From positions 868,001 to 932,000 of the forward strand of contig JAQGDQ010000019.1 in assembly GCA_030141605.1 (NCBI GenBank): DNA of 64,000 nucleotides, in the 5' to 3' direction. Shown one piece after another: positions 10,901 through 22,032 of this stretch. The notes below the pieces were generated by a model. That model did no database searches. It saw nothing but the letters and a program-made list of their open reading frames with translations, and had not been told where the DNA came from. A program made the position numbers and the translations under genes. Positions within the stretch are counted from its first letter, which is position 1, and each line of letters begins with the position of its first letter. Origin of the DNA: Tubiluchus corallicola. Lineage: Eukaryota > Animalia > Priapulida.

Positions 10901-13646
10901 CTCATGAGAAGATTGCAGACCAGATATAATCTGTTTAACTGCTATTTCCACTTTTTTCCCGTTCGTTGTGTAAGGTATTTCCTCCACCTGAAGAATTTTT
11001 GCTGGCAGATGGCGCACTGACAATTTAACAGCAATAGCATCTTTTAAACGCTGAATTAGTTTGTCAGAAAGTATTTCTCCCTGGCACAATTTTAAGAAGA
11101 GGATGACCCTTTCGTCTCCATTGCTACTGCTCTGACCCACACACAGAGAATCCTCTACCTCCTTGAAATTGTCCACGACATTGTAAATTTCAGCACTTCC
11201 AAAGCGAACTCCACCGGGGTTTAAGACACCATCACTGCGTCCCAACATGTATACTCCTCCTGTTCTTTCACTTATTATGCAAAAATCACCTTGCGTCCAA
11301 ACTCCTGGAAACTTATCAAAATAAGACTTCTTGTACTTCATACCTTCTTTGTCATTCCACAGATATATTGGCATTGAAGGAAATGGTTTAGTGCAGACAA
11401 GATGTCCTCTCTGTCCATACACTGGCTGGCCTTCTTCATTAAAGCACTCAACAGCCATACCAAGAGTTCTAACTTGCAGCTCTCCACGGTAAACTGGCAC
11501 TTTCCAGTTCCATCCAGCAAACACAGCAAATGGATCGGTACCACCTGTCGCAGGAGCCAATAGCAAGTCTTCCTTTATGCAGTCATAGACGTAATCGAAA
11601 TCATTCGGTGACAAAGTAGATCCACTGGTTAATATAGTGTGCAGTGTCTTCAAACTATGTGTGGCCTTTGGCATGATTTTACTCTCTTTCATGATCCTAA
11701 TCCACTTTGCACCCATAGCGAGAAATGTTATCCCGATGTTATCGACTAAGTTCCAAAGGTGGTATTTACCGTGGATAATAGCAGATCCATCATACAAAAC
11801 AATAGATGAGCCAACGTGAAGCAGTGTTAGGAGCCAATTCCACATCATCCAGCCAGTAGTTGTATAACACAGCGCAACATCATTGTTGGTCATGTTTCCA
11901 TGAAGGACGTATTCTTTTGAGCACTGAAGCAATAAGCCGCCAGCTGAATGAACGATACATTTTGGCGCACCAGTGGTACCAGAAGTGAATAGTATAAAAA
12001 GTGGTTGGTTGAAAGAGAGCTGCCTAAACTTCAATTCTGGAACCACGCCATTTGGCAGCATGCCCAGTGCTAAGAATTCAGATATGGTCATACAGTTACG
12101 AATTTCAGCTATGTCAGGCTTTTTTTCAATAAACGGTACAATCACTACCTTTTCTAAGTGGCACAAGTCACTAATGACATTTTTTATCTTATCCATATAG
12201 TTGTGAACTTTTCCATTGTATATGACTGCATCCGCAACAAACATGAGTTTTGGACGAATTTGCCTAAATCGTGCAAGAACACCAGCAACTCCAAAATCTG
12301 GAGACGTTGAGCTCCAGATTGCACCGATACTTGCTGCTGCCAACATTGCTTCTACTGCTTCACAACAGTTAGGAAGGTATCCTACCACACGATCTTCACA
12401 TCGAACACCTAGTCTGGTCATAGCAGCAGCAAAGAGTGCCACACGATGTCGCAGTTCAGCATACGTCCGCGTTGCCACATTTTCTTCATGCCCTTCTTGC
12501 GTGGCATAGATAGCAATTCTGTCGCCATCGTGGTTAAGTAAGTTTTCTGCAAAATTCAGTCTTGCACCGTGGAACCATTCTGGAATGTCTGAAATGCTCT
12601 TACTTTTATCTACAACTTGTATATATGGTTTCGAATGGATTATTTTTGTGTAATCCCAAACTTCTTTCCAGAACAGGTCGTAGTTTTCGATCGACCATCT
12701 TCTGAGATCTTCGTAGCTACGTAGATCCAGACTATACAATTTGTTCACTTTTTCTCTAAATTCGTCCATATGTGTAATTTTTGAAGCGTCAGGCAGCCAA
12801 CAAATGTTATCAGCACCAGATATTTTTTCTTCGTGATTTTTATTCATGATGTAGCGTAACTGTGTTACAAAACTCTGAATACAGTTGCAAACACTTGCAT
12901 GTTGACATGCGACATCAGCTATTTTTCGTGAAGACTAGTCCCACTCTTCGTTTAATTACAAAATTGGAGCAGCGATTACAGGCAGACAACATGTAAGCGA
13001 CAACTATAAACACGTATAAAAATAAAAGCGGACTTTGAACAGCTTACAACGAGATCTTGCTCTGATAGAATGTGCTGAGATGTGTGAATTTATGATCACT
13101 GTTTTAGTACTACTGTAGTAGTTTAAAATCTCAAGGTTAATCGTTTTGAAAGGCGCTAGCAGTTGACTACGAAAAGAATAGTATTACAGAAATTGTCAGA
13201 AATGGGCAAATGCAAATGGACAAAACAACTTACGACTGCCTAAATCTGGTGCACAAACACTTAAGATTTCAGTATTAATTATTAGAGTGCAACAGCTAAA
13301 ACATGGAAACCGCAAACTTAATTTCCGACCTTGTACCATGGTATAACGTATAAACATAGTTGACAAACATTTGCGCAGGCTTCATTCCTCAGGAACGCTC
13401 ACGCTGCGTACTGTTGCACGCGTCATGTGTTAATGCTTTGTTTTGCTTGCTTGCTTTAACTTACAATTCTTAATGGAAACTAATTTGTTGCAGGTAACCG
13501 GACAGAAGAATTTTACTAAAGCTCGTTACACAGCTGATACAGAGATAGACAAAAAAGTTTACCTTCACGAATTATTAGAGAAAGATTCACATCTCCTAGT
13601 TAATGATACACTCGTCTTACAGCTAGCCTTGAGACCAGTGGAATGA
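1746..13646 (+). CDS. BTBD17: BTB/POZ-BACK domain protein (BTBD17-like), 9 coding exons, 477 aa
   Basis: Exons 1746-1919, 2118-2279, 3366-3515, 3713-3875, 4908-5059, 6011-6207, 9038-9188, 10236-10367 and 13494-13646 have GT-AG introns with consistent phases and total 1434 nt. BTB motifs: SDVTLRVG, FHGHKLIL, FLRFLYG, LADKYNV. BACK motifs: FLQSSELVIKDEYSLWKAVLKW, IRFPMM. Orthology to BTBD17 is by resemblance only. Confidence 0.88.
2118..2279 (+). CDS. BTB-BACK gene exon 2 (start of BTB domain)
   Basis: ttccag|VLTEQAKFYDNPLLSDVTLRVGDEIFHGHKLILVRASEVFERMLSSEWSDPRLK|gt. Confidence 0.9.
2655..2800. repeat. (TTCA)n microsatellite, degenerating rightwards
   Basis: Direct reading; source of the spurious HSFI-repeat ORFs. 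Confidence 0.95.
3366..3515 (+). CDS. BTB-BACK gene exon 3
   Basis: cacag|ELKLVEDDACIEVFPRFLRFLYGCHITLNSENALPVLVLADKYNVSDLRQ|gtaaat. Confidence 0.9.
3713..3875 (+). CDS. BTB-BACK gene exon 4
   Basis: tatag|VCINFTCDYIIPKLQ...KMDDICSSL+g|gtaag, phase 1. Confidence 0.88.
4908..5059 (+). CDS. BTB-BACK gene exon 5 (BACK domain)
   Basis: ttttaag|(E)WEQEWLNMDEDQLIHFLQSSELVIKDEYSLWKAVLKWLQ...AHQ|gtttgt. Confidence 0.88.
6011..6207 (+). CDS. BTB-BACK gene exon 6
   Basis: ttacag|EALLTKLLAYIRFPMMTPDQL...EFSST+ag|gtatat, phase 2. Confidence 0.88.
6550..7330 (-). mobile_element. 5'-truncated, degenerate non-LTR retrotransposon (L2/CR1-like) ORF2 C-terminus and 3' UTR
   Basis: NNLKWDHQIENITAKAGKRIF..YITYIRPVLEYASATW in ORF 7010-7474, and PKMRTERYKCSP near 6810-6840; frameshifted; boundaries approximate. 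Confidence 0.75.
7447..8990. mobile_element. Non-autonomous DNA transposon with imperfect TIRs (possibly Tc1/pogo-like)
   Basis: Left end cagggtaaaatggggcaatatcggaca resembles the reverse complement of the right end (taaggccaaatagggaaatgtcgggca). The motif ggtaatgtcg(g/a)aca recurs near 7645, 7665, 7690, 8565, 8590 and 8950, and a related end lies near 30826-30846. Confidence 0.55.
9038..9188 (+). CDS. BTB-BACK gene exon 7
   Basis: tttatag|(S)FLLRNYTELRWDRR...NWDWELK|gtgcgc; phase matches exon 6. Confidence 0.85.
10236..10367 (+). CDS. BTB-BACK gene exon 8
   Basis: ttacag|VFPKGYSSSNEDFRCLLYSNVILDQPRAVEFMLSVVDDARILRT|gtaaga. Confidence 0.85.
10832..12847 (-). CDS. AACS: Acetoacetyl-CoA synthetase, intronless, nested antisense in the last intron of the BTB gene
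   Basis: 671-aa uninterrupted ORF with PEWFHGARLNFAENLL, IWSSTSPDFG, P-loop TSGTTGAPKCIVH, YTTTGWMMWNW, GRSDGVLNPGGVRFGSAEIY and NGKKVE; AATAAA on the minus strand at 10714-10719. Confidence 0.95.
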   Translation of the reverse strand: MNKNHEEKISGADNICWLPDASKITHMDEFREKVNKLYSLDLRSYEDLRRWSIENYDLFWKEVWDYTKIIHSKPYIQVVDKSKSISDIPEWFHGARLNFAENLLNHDGDRIAIYATQEGHEENVATRTYAELRHRVALFAAAMTRLGVRCEDRVVGYLPNCCEAVEAMLAAASIGAIWSSTSPDFGVAGVLARFRQIRPKLMFVADAVIYNGKVHNYMDKIKNVISDLCHLEKVVIVPFIEKKPDIAEIRNCMTISEFLALGMLPNGVVPELKFRQLSFNQPLFILFTSGTTGAPKCIVHSAGGLLLQCSKEYVLHGNMTNNDVALCYTTTGWMMWNWLLTLLHVGSSIVLYDGSAIIHGKYHLWNLVDNIGITFLAMGAKWIRIMKESKIMPKATHSLKTLHTILTSGSTLSPNDFDYVYDCIKEDLLLAPATGGTDPFAVFAGWNWKVPVYRGELQVRTLGMAVECFNEEGQPVYGQRGHLVCTKPFPSMPIYLWNDKEGMKYKKSYFDKFPGVWTQGDFCIISERTGGVYMLGRSDGVLNPGGVRFGSAEIYNVVDNFKEVEDSLCVGQSSSNGDERVILFLKLCQGEILSDKLIQRLKDAIAVKLSVRHLPAKILQVEEIPYTTNGKKVEIAVKQIISGLQSSHEKSSLANSDVLDLYRNIGSLKDW
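13494..13646 (+). CDS. BTB-BACK gene exon 9 (terminal)
   Basis: ttgcag|VTGQKNFTKARY...LLVNDTLVLQLALRPVE then TGA. Confidence 0.8.
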   Translation, partial: VTGQKNFTKARYTADTEIDKKVYLHELLEKDSHLLVNDTLVLQLALRPVE

Positions 13647-16190
13647 AATTTGGTTATAGCTACGCGAAGAGTCCTCGCTCATTAGTGTCTCACGCCTGTT
13701 TTCTTTCAAGCAGCATTGATTTGAACAAATGTTTGCTTATGTCTTGCTTACTAATTGCTACATACCAACGTTTTGGAGACGAATAATACGTTGTTGCCTA
13801 TTTTGTATTTGGAATTTAAACTACAGTAAATGTCCGGTTTTTCTCTCATTAAAATTGAAAAATATAATTTATACTGTTACAGTAGGGAAAAGCTTCAAAA
13901 AGTGATTGGTAAATGCTAATGACAATTATTATACAATTAATTTTAGTCATAGATTTTTTAATGATATTTATCATTCACGTTGCTTTTAATGTGAAAATGT
14001 TTCACCAACTTGTGATTTTATACACTTGTGAAATTGTGAATCTATTATCATTATTATTATTATTATTATTATTAATATGACCTAAACATAATAGTGGTTA
14101 TAGAAATAAGACTTATTGATTATTGGTAATTAGATTGAAGGCATTATTTTTCAACATGTCTGTCTACATGTAAAGCATGTGCATATGAAAGTTTTTATGA
14201 ATGCAATGTAGGGAGAAATGCAATTATTTTTATAATGTAGATTGTTCAGTGCAATGTAACGTGGAAATGAAATTATTTTCTTTATGTTGTAGTATATACT
14301 TACAACTATGCAATTCTTGCTTATTTTGTTATTTAGGAAGACAAGATGTTTAGTCTACCTCGTAAATCGGAATTCGCCATATACGCACCATATACGATAT
14401 GGTCCACATTACATAATTTGACATAATTTGACATCACATGATTCAATTCCAAATCTGTATATTTGAAAAACGAAGTGATGGTGCTTTATAGTTTAAATGG
14501 AACCAACATTATTTGATAGAGGCAAAGTGGAAAAACTAAGTTGAGCGCTTTGAAAAATCAGCGATTAGTAATCGATCACTTTGATTAAAAATGACATCAT
14601 GAAATTCTGAACTCCAATGGATTTTATCATCCATTGCCGACTGCATCATCAAGACTTGTCTAAAATTTGAAACTTTCTGTGAGGCTTTTCCCAAAGGCGA
14701 CTCTTGATGCTGGCAGCAGGGTTGCAAAGTCGAGCATCGGGACAAAATTTGGGGATTTTTCCGGTCAGTCAATAACGTTTCAAGCATTTATCAGATTTTG
14801 ATAAAATTAGCAGTAGCATGGGATAGAAGAAAAGTCAGTCGACGTCAGACAGGAAAAGTCAATTACTGATTTATTATAAATATTTAATTATCAAAGGGCC
14901 AATAATAGATGATTAAGGAAAACGCATCAGAAAAGCTTGTCGATCTATAATCCGTAATTAATAATGATAAACGTGCTAAAAGACCAAAAATTATTGACAA
15001 CAAATTTTGAACGCCGTCGCTACGCCTAGAAACAATTTTCAATAATAGAAATTGAACAATAAGAAGCCAATAATAGGTAATTAACAAAAAAAGCATCAGA
15101 AAATCATATCAGCTAGTCAATCTATAGAAATAGGACTTATTAGTTATGATAGCAATTAGATTGATGGTAATCTGTGGCGATTGTGAATGACCTATCCAAA
15201 ATTAATAATCGATTAGTTTTTGCCTCGGGGGCGAAAACACGGTTTCAGATAGGACGCACAATATTCATTTCAAAGAGGAGAAAAACTGCATCAATCGAGA
15301 AAGTAATAAATTCATATCGATTCACAATCATAAACTAATCGATAAACAATAAAAAGTTCGGAAACACTGAAAAAGGTCAGGCGAAATTGCGCAAAAATTT
15401 TTACTGGCGACTGTAAAATTTTCTCTTATTGAATTTTAACGTTGCCAAATTTTCATTTATTAATTTTTGCGCTGCCAGTGTTTGAAGGTAAGACATTTGT
15501 TTTTCAATCCAGCAATTTAGCCGTAATCTACCTAGCAAAAATGAAACCATACCTTAGGAACCTGAGTGTGTCACGTGATGTTCAAACAAGTTCTTTAGCA
15601 ACATGGATTAAGCATAGCGTAAACTTCACCTATTTTTTCCGAGTTACCATCTTTTCCAGCTCCTAATGTTAATTAATTGTATCATGTTACTGTACTCCTA
15701 AGTTATGGACTTACTGTATTGCCTTAGTGCTTTAGAATACGCTATTACCACATAGGGGCCCATTAGATGTCACATGGTACACGTAGCAGTTATAGTAAAA
15801 AAATTCTCGCTGTTTTGAAAGACGATTTTTCGTGTTTGAAGGGTATATTAACGACACGAAAGGTATGAATATCGTCCGCTTCGGGAACCTACGGGTTTCC
15901 TTGTTACTCTTTTCAAGATATTACGCGAATATCAGAATAGGTTAATGTGACGACATTTACTGTCTGCAGATGGCGACACAATGCAAGTCGTACCTGAAGC
16001 TGGTCAATGATATGGTAATTTACTGGGAATCTGCGCTCCGTGTCGCTTCTCTGCAAATCTCATCACTCAGCCCCAGCGTCTGTATTCAGCTGATTTCGCT
16101 TGAAATGCGTGATCCGTTTTATGGAATTAGTGTTTTCTGTAGAGCAAAATGCGGGTGTAACGTGACAAATTATTAAAGCAGATTGGAAAA

Positions 16191-16301
16191 ATGGCCGGCT
16201 CGTCTCAACAAGGAGTGCACGTGGTAAAACTGCGACCGCTTTGTGTACCCACGAGTTTGACCATTTATGATAATAATGCCAAGTTTGTCAAATGGGATGA
16301 G
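16191..16301 (+). CDS. PLCB: Phospholipase C-beta first coding exon, copy a
   Basis: MAGSSQQGVHVVKLRPLCVPTSLTIYDNNAKFVKWDE|gtatgc resembles the vertebrate PLCB1 N-terminus ([32 protein letters not shown], recalled); phase 0. Confidence 0.85.
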
Positions 16302-16926
16302 GTATGCTAAAATGAACATTAAATTACAGTAACTGTCAGTATTTCTCTTTTTCTTTCGTTGATCTTTGATTCTTAACCGTCAAATAAATTAATTTACAAG
16401 GGTGTTTTAAAATTTCGCTAGGTAGCTATCGAAAGTAAGCCTACAATAAGAATAAGCATGTAATTCATGTGATTTCTTGCAGAAGTTTTCTAATCACAAG
16501 ATTTTAAATTACATTTATTGTGCTAATATTTTCTAATCACTTTAGTTACTATTAATTTAAAAAATAGAGATTTTCTTAGAGTTCTATAACATTCAGTTTT
16601 TACAAAAATTCTGTCTGAAACATTTTGAAGAGTGTCTAACTAATTGCGTTGATTGTTTTGACAAAATTGTGCGCCACGAATGACACAGCTGGCCTGTTAA
16701 GTAAACCCTATGCAGTAACGAAGGATGACTTAGTTGTGATGTTCATTAAGAAAGAGCGTATTCTTCGATGAACTTACATACAAATGCGCATTTTGATCTA
16801 TAGAAAATAAAAAAGCCGCAAGGCTGTCTTTCTTGTTATATTTCTCGAATGTAAATCTTTTTATAGTTTGTTTCCTTTTGCAAGCAATCACTGGCTTACT
16901 CTAACTCAGAAACATATAGTAAAAAC

Positions 16927-16928
<2 letters not shown>

Positions 16929-16960
<32 letters not shown>
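16929..16960. repeat. (TA)n microsatellite
   Basis: Direct reading. Confidence 0.95.
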
Positions 16961-16964
<4 letters not shown>

Positions 16965-19571
16965 TGGAAGTTTGCAGCGCTTTAATCTTTTTACTGTCTG
17001 TGATGTTACCGTGATGCAATATTATAAATAAAAAAAAATTTTCCACTGAGTAATATAATATACAAAAGAAGATACGCAAATGACGCGAGAGCCTGCCTGC
17101 GATTACCGTTTTCCTTTGTTCAAAAATGCGTTGAATAATAGTTGAATTGATTTTATATATCAATGATAATCATTTCTTCCTGGCGTAGCATTGCATAGCC
17201 GTGTATCGCAATTGCTGGCTGGTCATTCATTTGATCTAATGACCAGATAAACTAATATGCCTCTAACTACGATTCTCATACAACCTCCTGAAAACTTATT
17301 CCTCCAGCATACAGTTGGCTTTATGGCGAGTTTTTCAAGTGGGATTTCAGATTCCTGGAATTATTTCTAACGAATTACGCTCATTCCTTCAGTAAAAAAT
17401 GAACAGGCAGCCGTTTCACTAGTTTTTGTTTATACCAAGTGAAATCCGATTCACGAATAAAATGAGCTGACGCTTATTTCGCGGACTTTGCGCGTTCGAG
17501 GATACAGTAACCGACTTAACCTCGATAATTTAGATGGTTATTTTGAAAAATCTGGACGTCTTCTACCGTGTAGGAAGTCAGAAATACGTTTACGTTAAAC
17601 ATAATCCAAGTAGTCACGAGGCGTGCAATTATTCGTGAATCAGGCTGAAAATGTCTGCACGTCTACATTTTGCGTAAGCTTGTACAACGTTTAAAGCACT
17701 AAAATGCTATTTGAAAAACTGTACTACATCAGCGCTATCAAAATTTTGTGGTATCACAATGATTTTGATCCTAAGGTTCATCAATTTCGAGCTGGTCATA
17801 ATTCTTCATGCAAGGTTGTTGCGTGCCGCATGCATGCACAACCTTATGAACACAATCGTTTCTAGGCAGCAAGCAACAATCAAGGACATTTTATTGCCGT
17901 TCTGCGCTTGCATTGAATACATTGATTAATTAATGGTATTGATTGGCTGTAATAGAAATTACTCTGCAAGGTGGAGAGGTTTTCTGTTAAGTAAATGAAC
18001 AAAGCATGTAGCTAAAATCTATGAAACGCCATTACTAGTTTATAGAAATATAACTAATAGACCTAATTGCAATATTCTGAAATCACTTACCTAAAGGGCG
18101 AGTTATAATATTTCTATAATGATAGTAATGATAATGTAAATAATACATTTCCCAGTGTTTAAGTATTATAGCTTAATATGTAACGAGCGACTCTTGATCA
18201 TTTACCAAAAAACACCAACGTGCCAAAATATGTTCCGCCCTTTGACAGACAGAGAGTAAGCATATAAGAAGCTACTGCAAATGATGATACCGATGATGAA
18301 TAGGATGACGATGTTGATGATGGTAGTGGAAGCAGAGCTGGTGTAGACAACTACGGAGGTGTCGCATTAGCCACCATGACTCGAAGTGAATCCGGGAGTT
18401 TTGATGTCACGAAGTCTATGAGTCGAATATATCATAGCCTGTTGTGATGCCCATATTCTGTTGGGAGTGATGATTGTACTTATGGATAAGGATAAATGTG
18501 TAATTTACAACAATCATTTAGCTGACAGTCATACTAATTTGTCGTAAATTTCTATCTTTTATTGTACTTGGATAGCTAGGTGTCATTTTAATTTGTGTGA
18601 ATTGCCGTCTTTTATTGATTCAAACCAAGCACAATATAATACAGTAGTTACAATCCTGCATTAATTAATAAATTATAGACGACATTTATTTCGTTTAATG
18701 CTCTTACTTTAGTTAAACAGTCGATTATGTGTACCCCAGGGGCAAAACTGGTCAGAACTGTGCAGAATTCACATTTAAACAGCTGCAGAGCGAGCGTACT
18801 CATGTGTATCCAATTTTCAGGTTTACCTAAACGCACCTTAACGCTGATTGTTAGAATTGCAGAACCGTATTTACACGTTTGCTGTGTTACGTTGCAGATT
18901 TAACGTTGAGAAATGTTATCGAAAATCCTGTGCATTAAATAAAATAAAAATACTGCTTTATTTTAGGTGTTAGTAGGTACTGGTTTATTTAATAGTGCGC
19001 TATCGGTAACGTGTTTATACTATAATAAATACTGTCTCACCGTTACAATACTGCTGCTTAAATTACATATTATTTTAAACATGGTTTGAAATGTCGATCT
19101 AGGGCTATTGATTTCACGCTAGGTTGTGTTCATTTCAGACACTTGCTTGTTATCGGTTGTGAGACGTCTTTGCAAACGATTTGTTTCAGTGGAATAAAAC
19201 TATTTTTAAGTTGCATAGAAAAGTGACCAAAGCTTCCCAGGAATTACAATAATCCTACTTCCTAACTCTGCTTTCAATCTGTCTTTTGTGGTATTTCGGA
19301 AACCGACCACCATTTGTGCCCGTAATTTCATAACAGGCGCATTATGTTACTAATGCATAAAAATTATTAGTACTTTTGCTTTTCATCGTCCTTGAAAAAT
19401 CATAACAGTACTGCTCGCTTTGTTGTCAGCTCACCGTAAAAAATGGTGAGCCTGTCGTAAAACTGCGTAGTTAAACATTGTTACTACAAGTTAAGTCACA
19501 GATCAATTTATAACGAGCAAATTTATTTAAATTTCGTTATTTTAAACCGTTTTAATGAATACGCGTGTAAT

Positions 19572-19778
19572 ATGGTGAGAAGAGGTTCCTGCAACCCAGA
19601 GGCACTGCCTAATTTTATGGCGAAACTAGCACCCCTTCAAGTGCACCGAAAGTTGTGCGAAGGAGCAAAATTTGTGAAATGGGTTGATGTTGTTCCAAGA
19701 AGAAAAACCAGTGACGTTTATGGAACGTCGGCAGTCAGAGCAAACATTGACAAGATACTACTGGAACAAGTGGCCGTG
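19572..19778 (+). CDS. Phospholipase C-beta candidate first exon, copy b (donor uncertain)
   Basis: MVRRGSCNPEALPNFMAKLAPLQVHRKLCEGAKFVKWVD...; only a weak GT at 19689; a better phase-0 donor GTG|gtaaat at 19779. Confidence 0.55.
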
Positions 19779-20330
19779 GTAAATATACAATAATTATCAG
19801 TAACAGTGATAGACAGTAACAGCTAATAGCAGACTTATTTGACTTTTAAACACATCAATTAGGTACTGCGTACACGTGTTTTTGGTCAGTAATCTAACTA
19901 CCCTAAATACAGTGTGTACTTTAAATATTTTTTATAAGAAATTTTGTCTTCTATACATCATATTTTATTGAATTTGAAAAAAAATTAGAATTCATCGTTT
20001 CAGAATTGCAAAAATAGTACATTTTTAAGTAGATAATCAGGTAATTTATTACGTCTGCGCTGGTGGGCCATGCTTTTCCTTATAACCTTTTGGTGACCTT
20101 TGACCTCCATTGCGATCTTGGCACCACGTACGCTCATGAGCCTGTTCTTTGATTTTGCACTTTGCAGAAGTTCAAAAATTTTTGCATCAAATTAACACAC
20201 TTGTAAATGTCTTACACTTACAGGGACAAACTATAGAGGCTAGAGGTCGATCAGTTCCTTGGCCGATTCTGATCGACTAATAAAAACCCTCAGTTTAGGC
20301 AGAAGTGTAATATTCTTCAACTGACTTTCT

Positions 20331-20444
<114 letters not shown>

Positions 20445-22032
20445 AGGTCTTATTAATTTGTAAAACAATAACATGTCCATTCTGCTGCAAGTTAAACGCA
20501 AACTATAGTCTAGATTTAAAGAGGACGAAAAGAGAATTTTAAAGTATATCTCAAAAGCTTTCCATAGTTAGCATTACGCTTACCTATTTGTAAGACTTGT
20601 GTAATTGGAAAAGAAAATACTTAACAATTGAAAATGTTCGCTCCAGCTGGTAACTCACCATATCGCCATCTCACTGTGCACTACTAGCTCAATTATTGAC
20701 AATGTAATGTAATTAACCTGTAGTGTGTTTTTAAACTTTACGCAATGTAATCTAAACTTTTTCAAACGAGATGCCGTTAAAATGGCTGCTCCTAATGATC
20801 ATCGCGGAAGTTTAAATAAAAGAACAAGTCACTTAGCAAAAATATAACAAAGAGATTTGCAAAAAACTATCTATAAAGTGTGTAAAAAACCATAAAGTTA
20901 ATTTTATACTGTATGGAAACCTTCAGGCACGGTGGTAGGTAGCCGCGTTTCACTTGAAAATTATGACGTAACTTGTGGGTTTCATGGCTTTTCGTATGCG
21001 CCTAAGTGACTAAATGGTTTTCGTTGCTTAAAGTCATCCAAACTTTCGCAGCTTACCTAATATTCGTGCAAAAATATCACGAATTTTTTTTTTTCGAAAA
21101 AACCTATTATACTTTTGATGGAAATTGACAGTGCGTTGCTGTTCTACAGTCGATGAACGGGTGAAAGATGTGGCGGAAGAATGGGTGAAGAATATTTTTC
21201 GCGAACATCGAAATCAGCGTATCTTCCCGGAAGGCGTTGTCTTTCCTTTAAATTTACAAGTTTTGTAAAGCGTTACTGTTAATGCAAGCTCTCTATGCAA
21301 TAAGACAGAGTGTAAGCGGTAATTGTTTGTTTGTCTGCAGTGTCGTTATATTTTAAAATTGAAATTGTGTGTTTATCTTGTTTTTTAATTGTATGTATGT
21401 TTGGCACTAACAAATCAATGTTAAAATGACACGAAATTTCAGCACGAAATTTTGGGCTTTATGTATGAAGAGTATTATCTTGTCCTTTAAGCTGATTTGC
21501 CGATACCATTGTCCCTCTAAATATTCAAATTTCTTCTTGTCAGGTTAGGTATTCTTGTCATGTTCGGAAACTAACCGTGATACTATATATAGACTACTAT
21601 CTTTTTGCGACGATGGCCTATAAAGAAACTAGATAAACATGACTTACTTTTGACGACACACCTTGAGAGTAACACGATGACACCATGCGCGCAGGTATAT
21701 TTGTATCGTATTGTAGTTTAGCTACTTCATTTCCCACAAGCTTAGTCTTTACCTGAAAACATTTTGTTTCATTTAGCAATTTTGTATAACATTGTCTGAT
21801 TCGAAAGGTACTCTTTTAAAATCTTAACGATCTTTTCCGCACGTATTTTGTGTCAGGGAATCATATACCAATTGTAATCGTAAGTTAGTAAGTAAGTAAG
21901 CTTGCAAGCAAGCAAGTAATCTTCTTAATCGCGAATTAAAAATTTTCAGAATATGCACACACACGTAAATTTTCCACACGATGTAAAGAAAATATTTATG
22001 TATAATTTATCCACGAAATAAGAATTATTAAA

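Noticed and set aside
10832-12847. Horizontal transfer of AACS from bacteria
   Set aside because: The protein resembles animal AACS and base composition fits the host; retroposition is simpler, pending phylogeny
14540-15370. hAT-like remnant with atcgat-rich repeats and a cagtgtttcc-type end
   Set aside because: Only one terminus recognisable and no TSD; too degenerate to call
15964-15977. CTCF/YY1-like motif ctgcagatggcgac upstream of PLC exon a, suggesting protocadherin-style promoter choice
   Set aside because: No equivalent motif seen ahead of exons b or c, and a similar match occurs inside the AACS coding sequence, so chance is plausible
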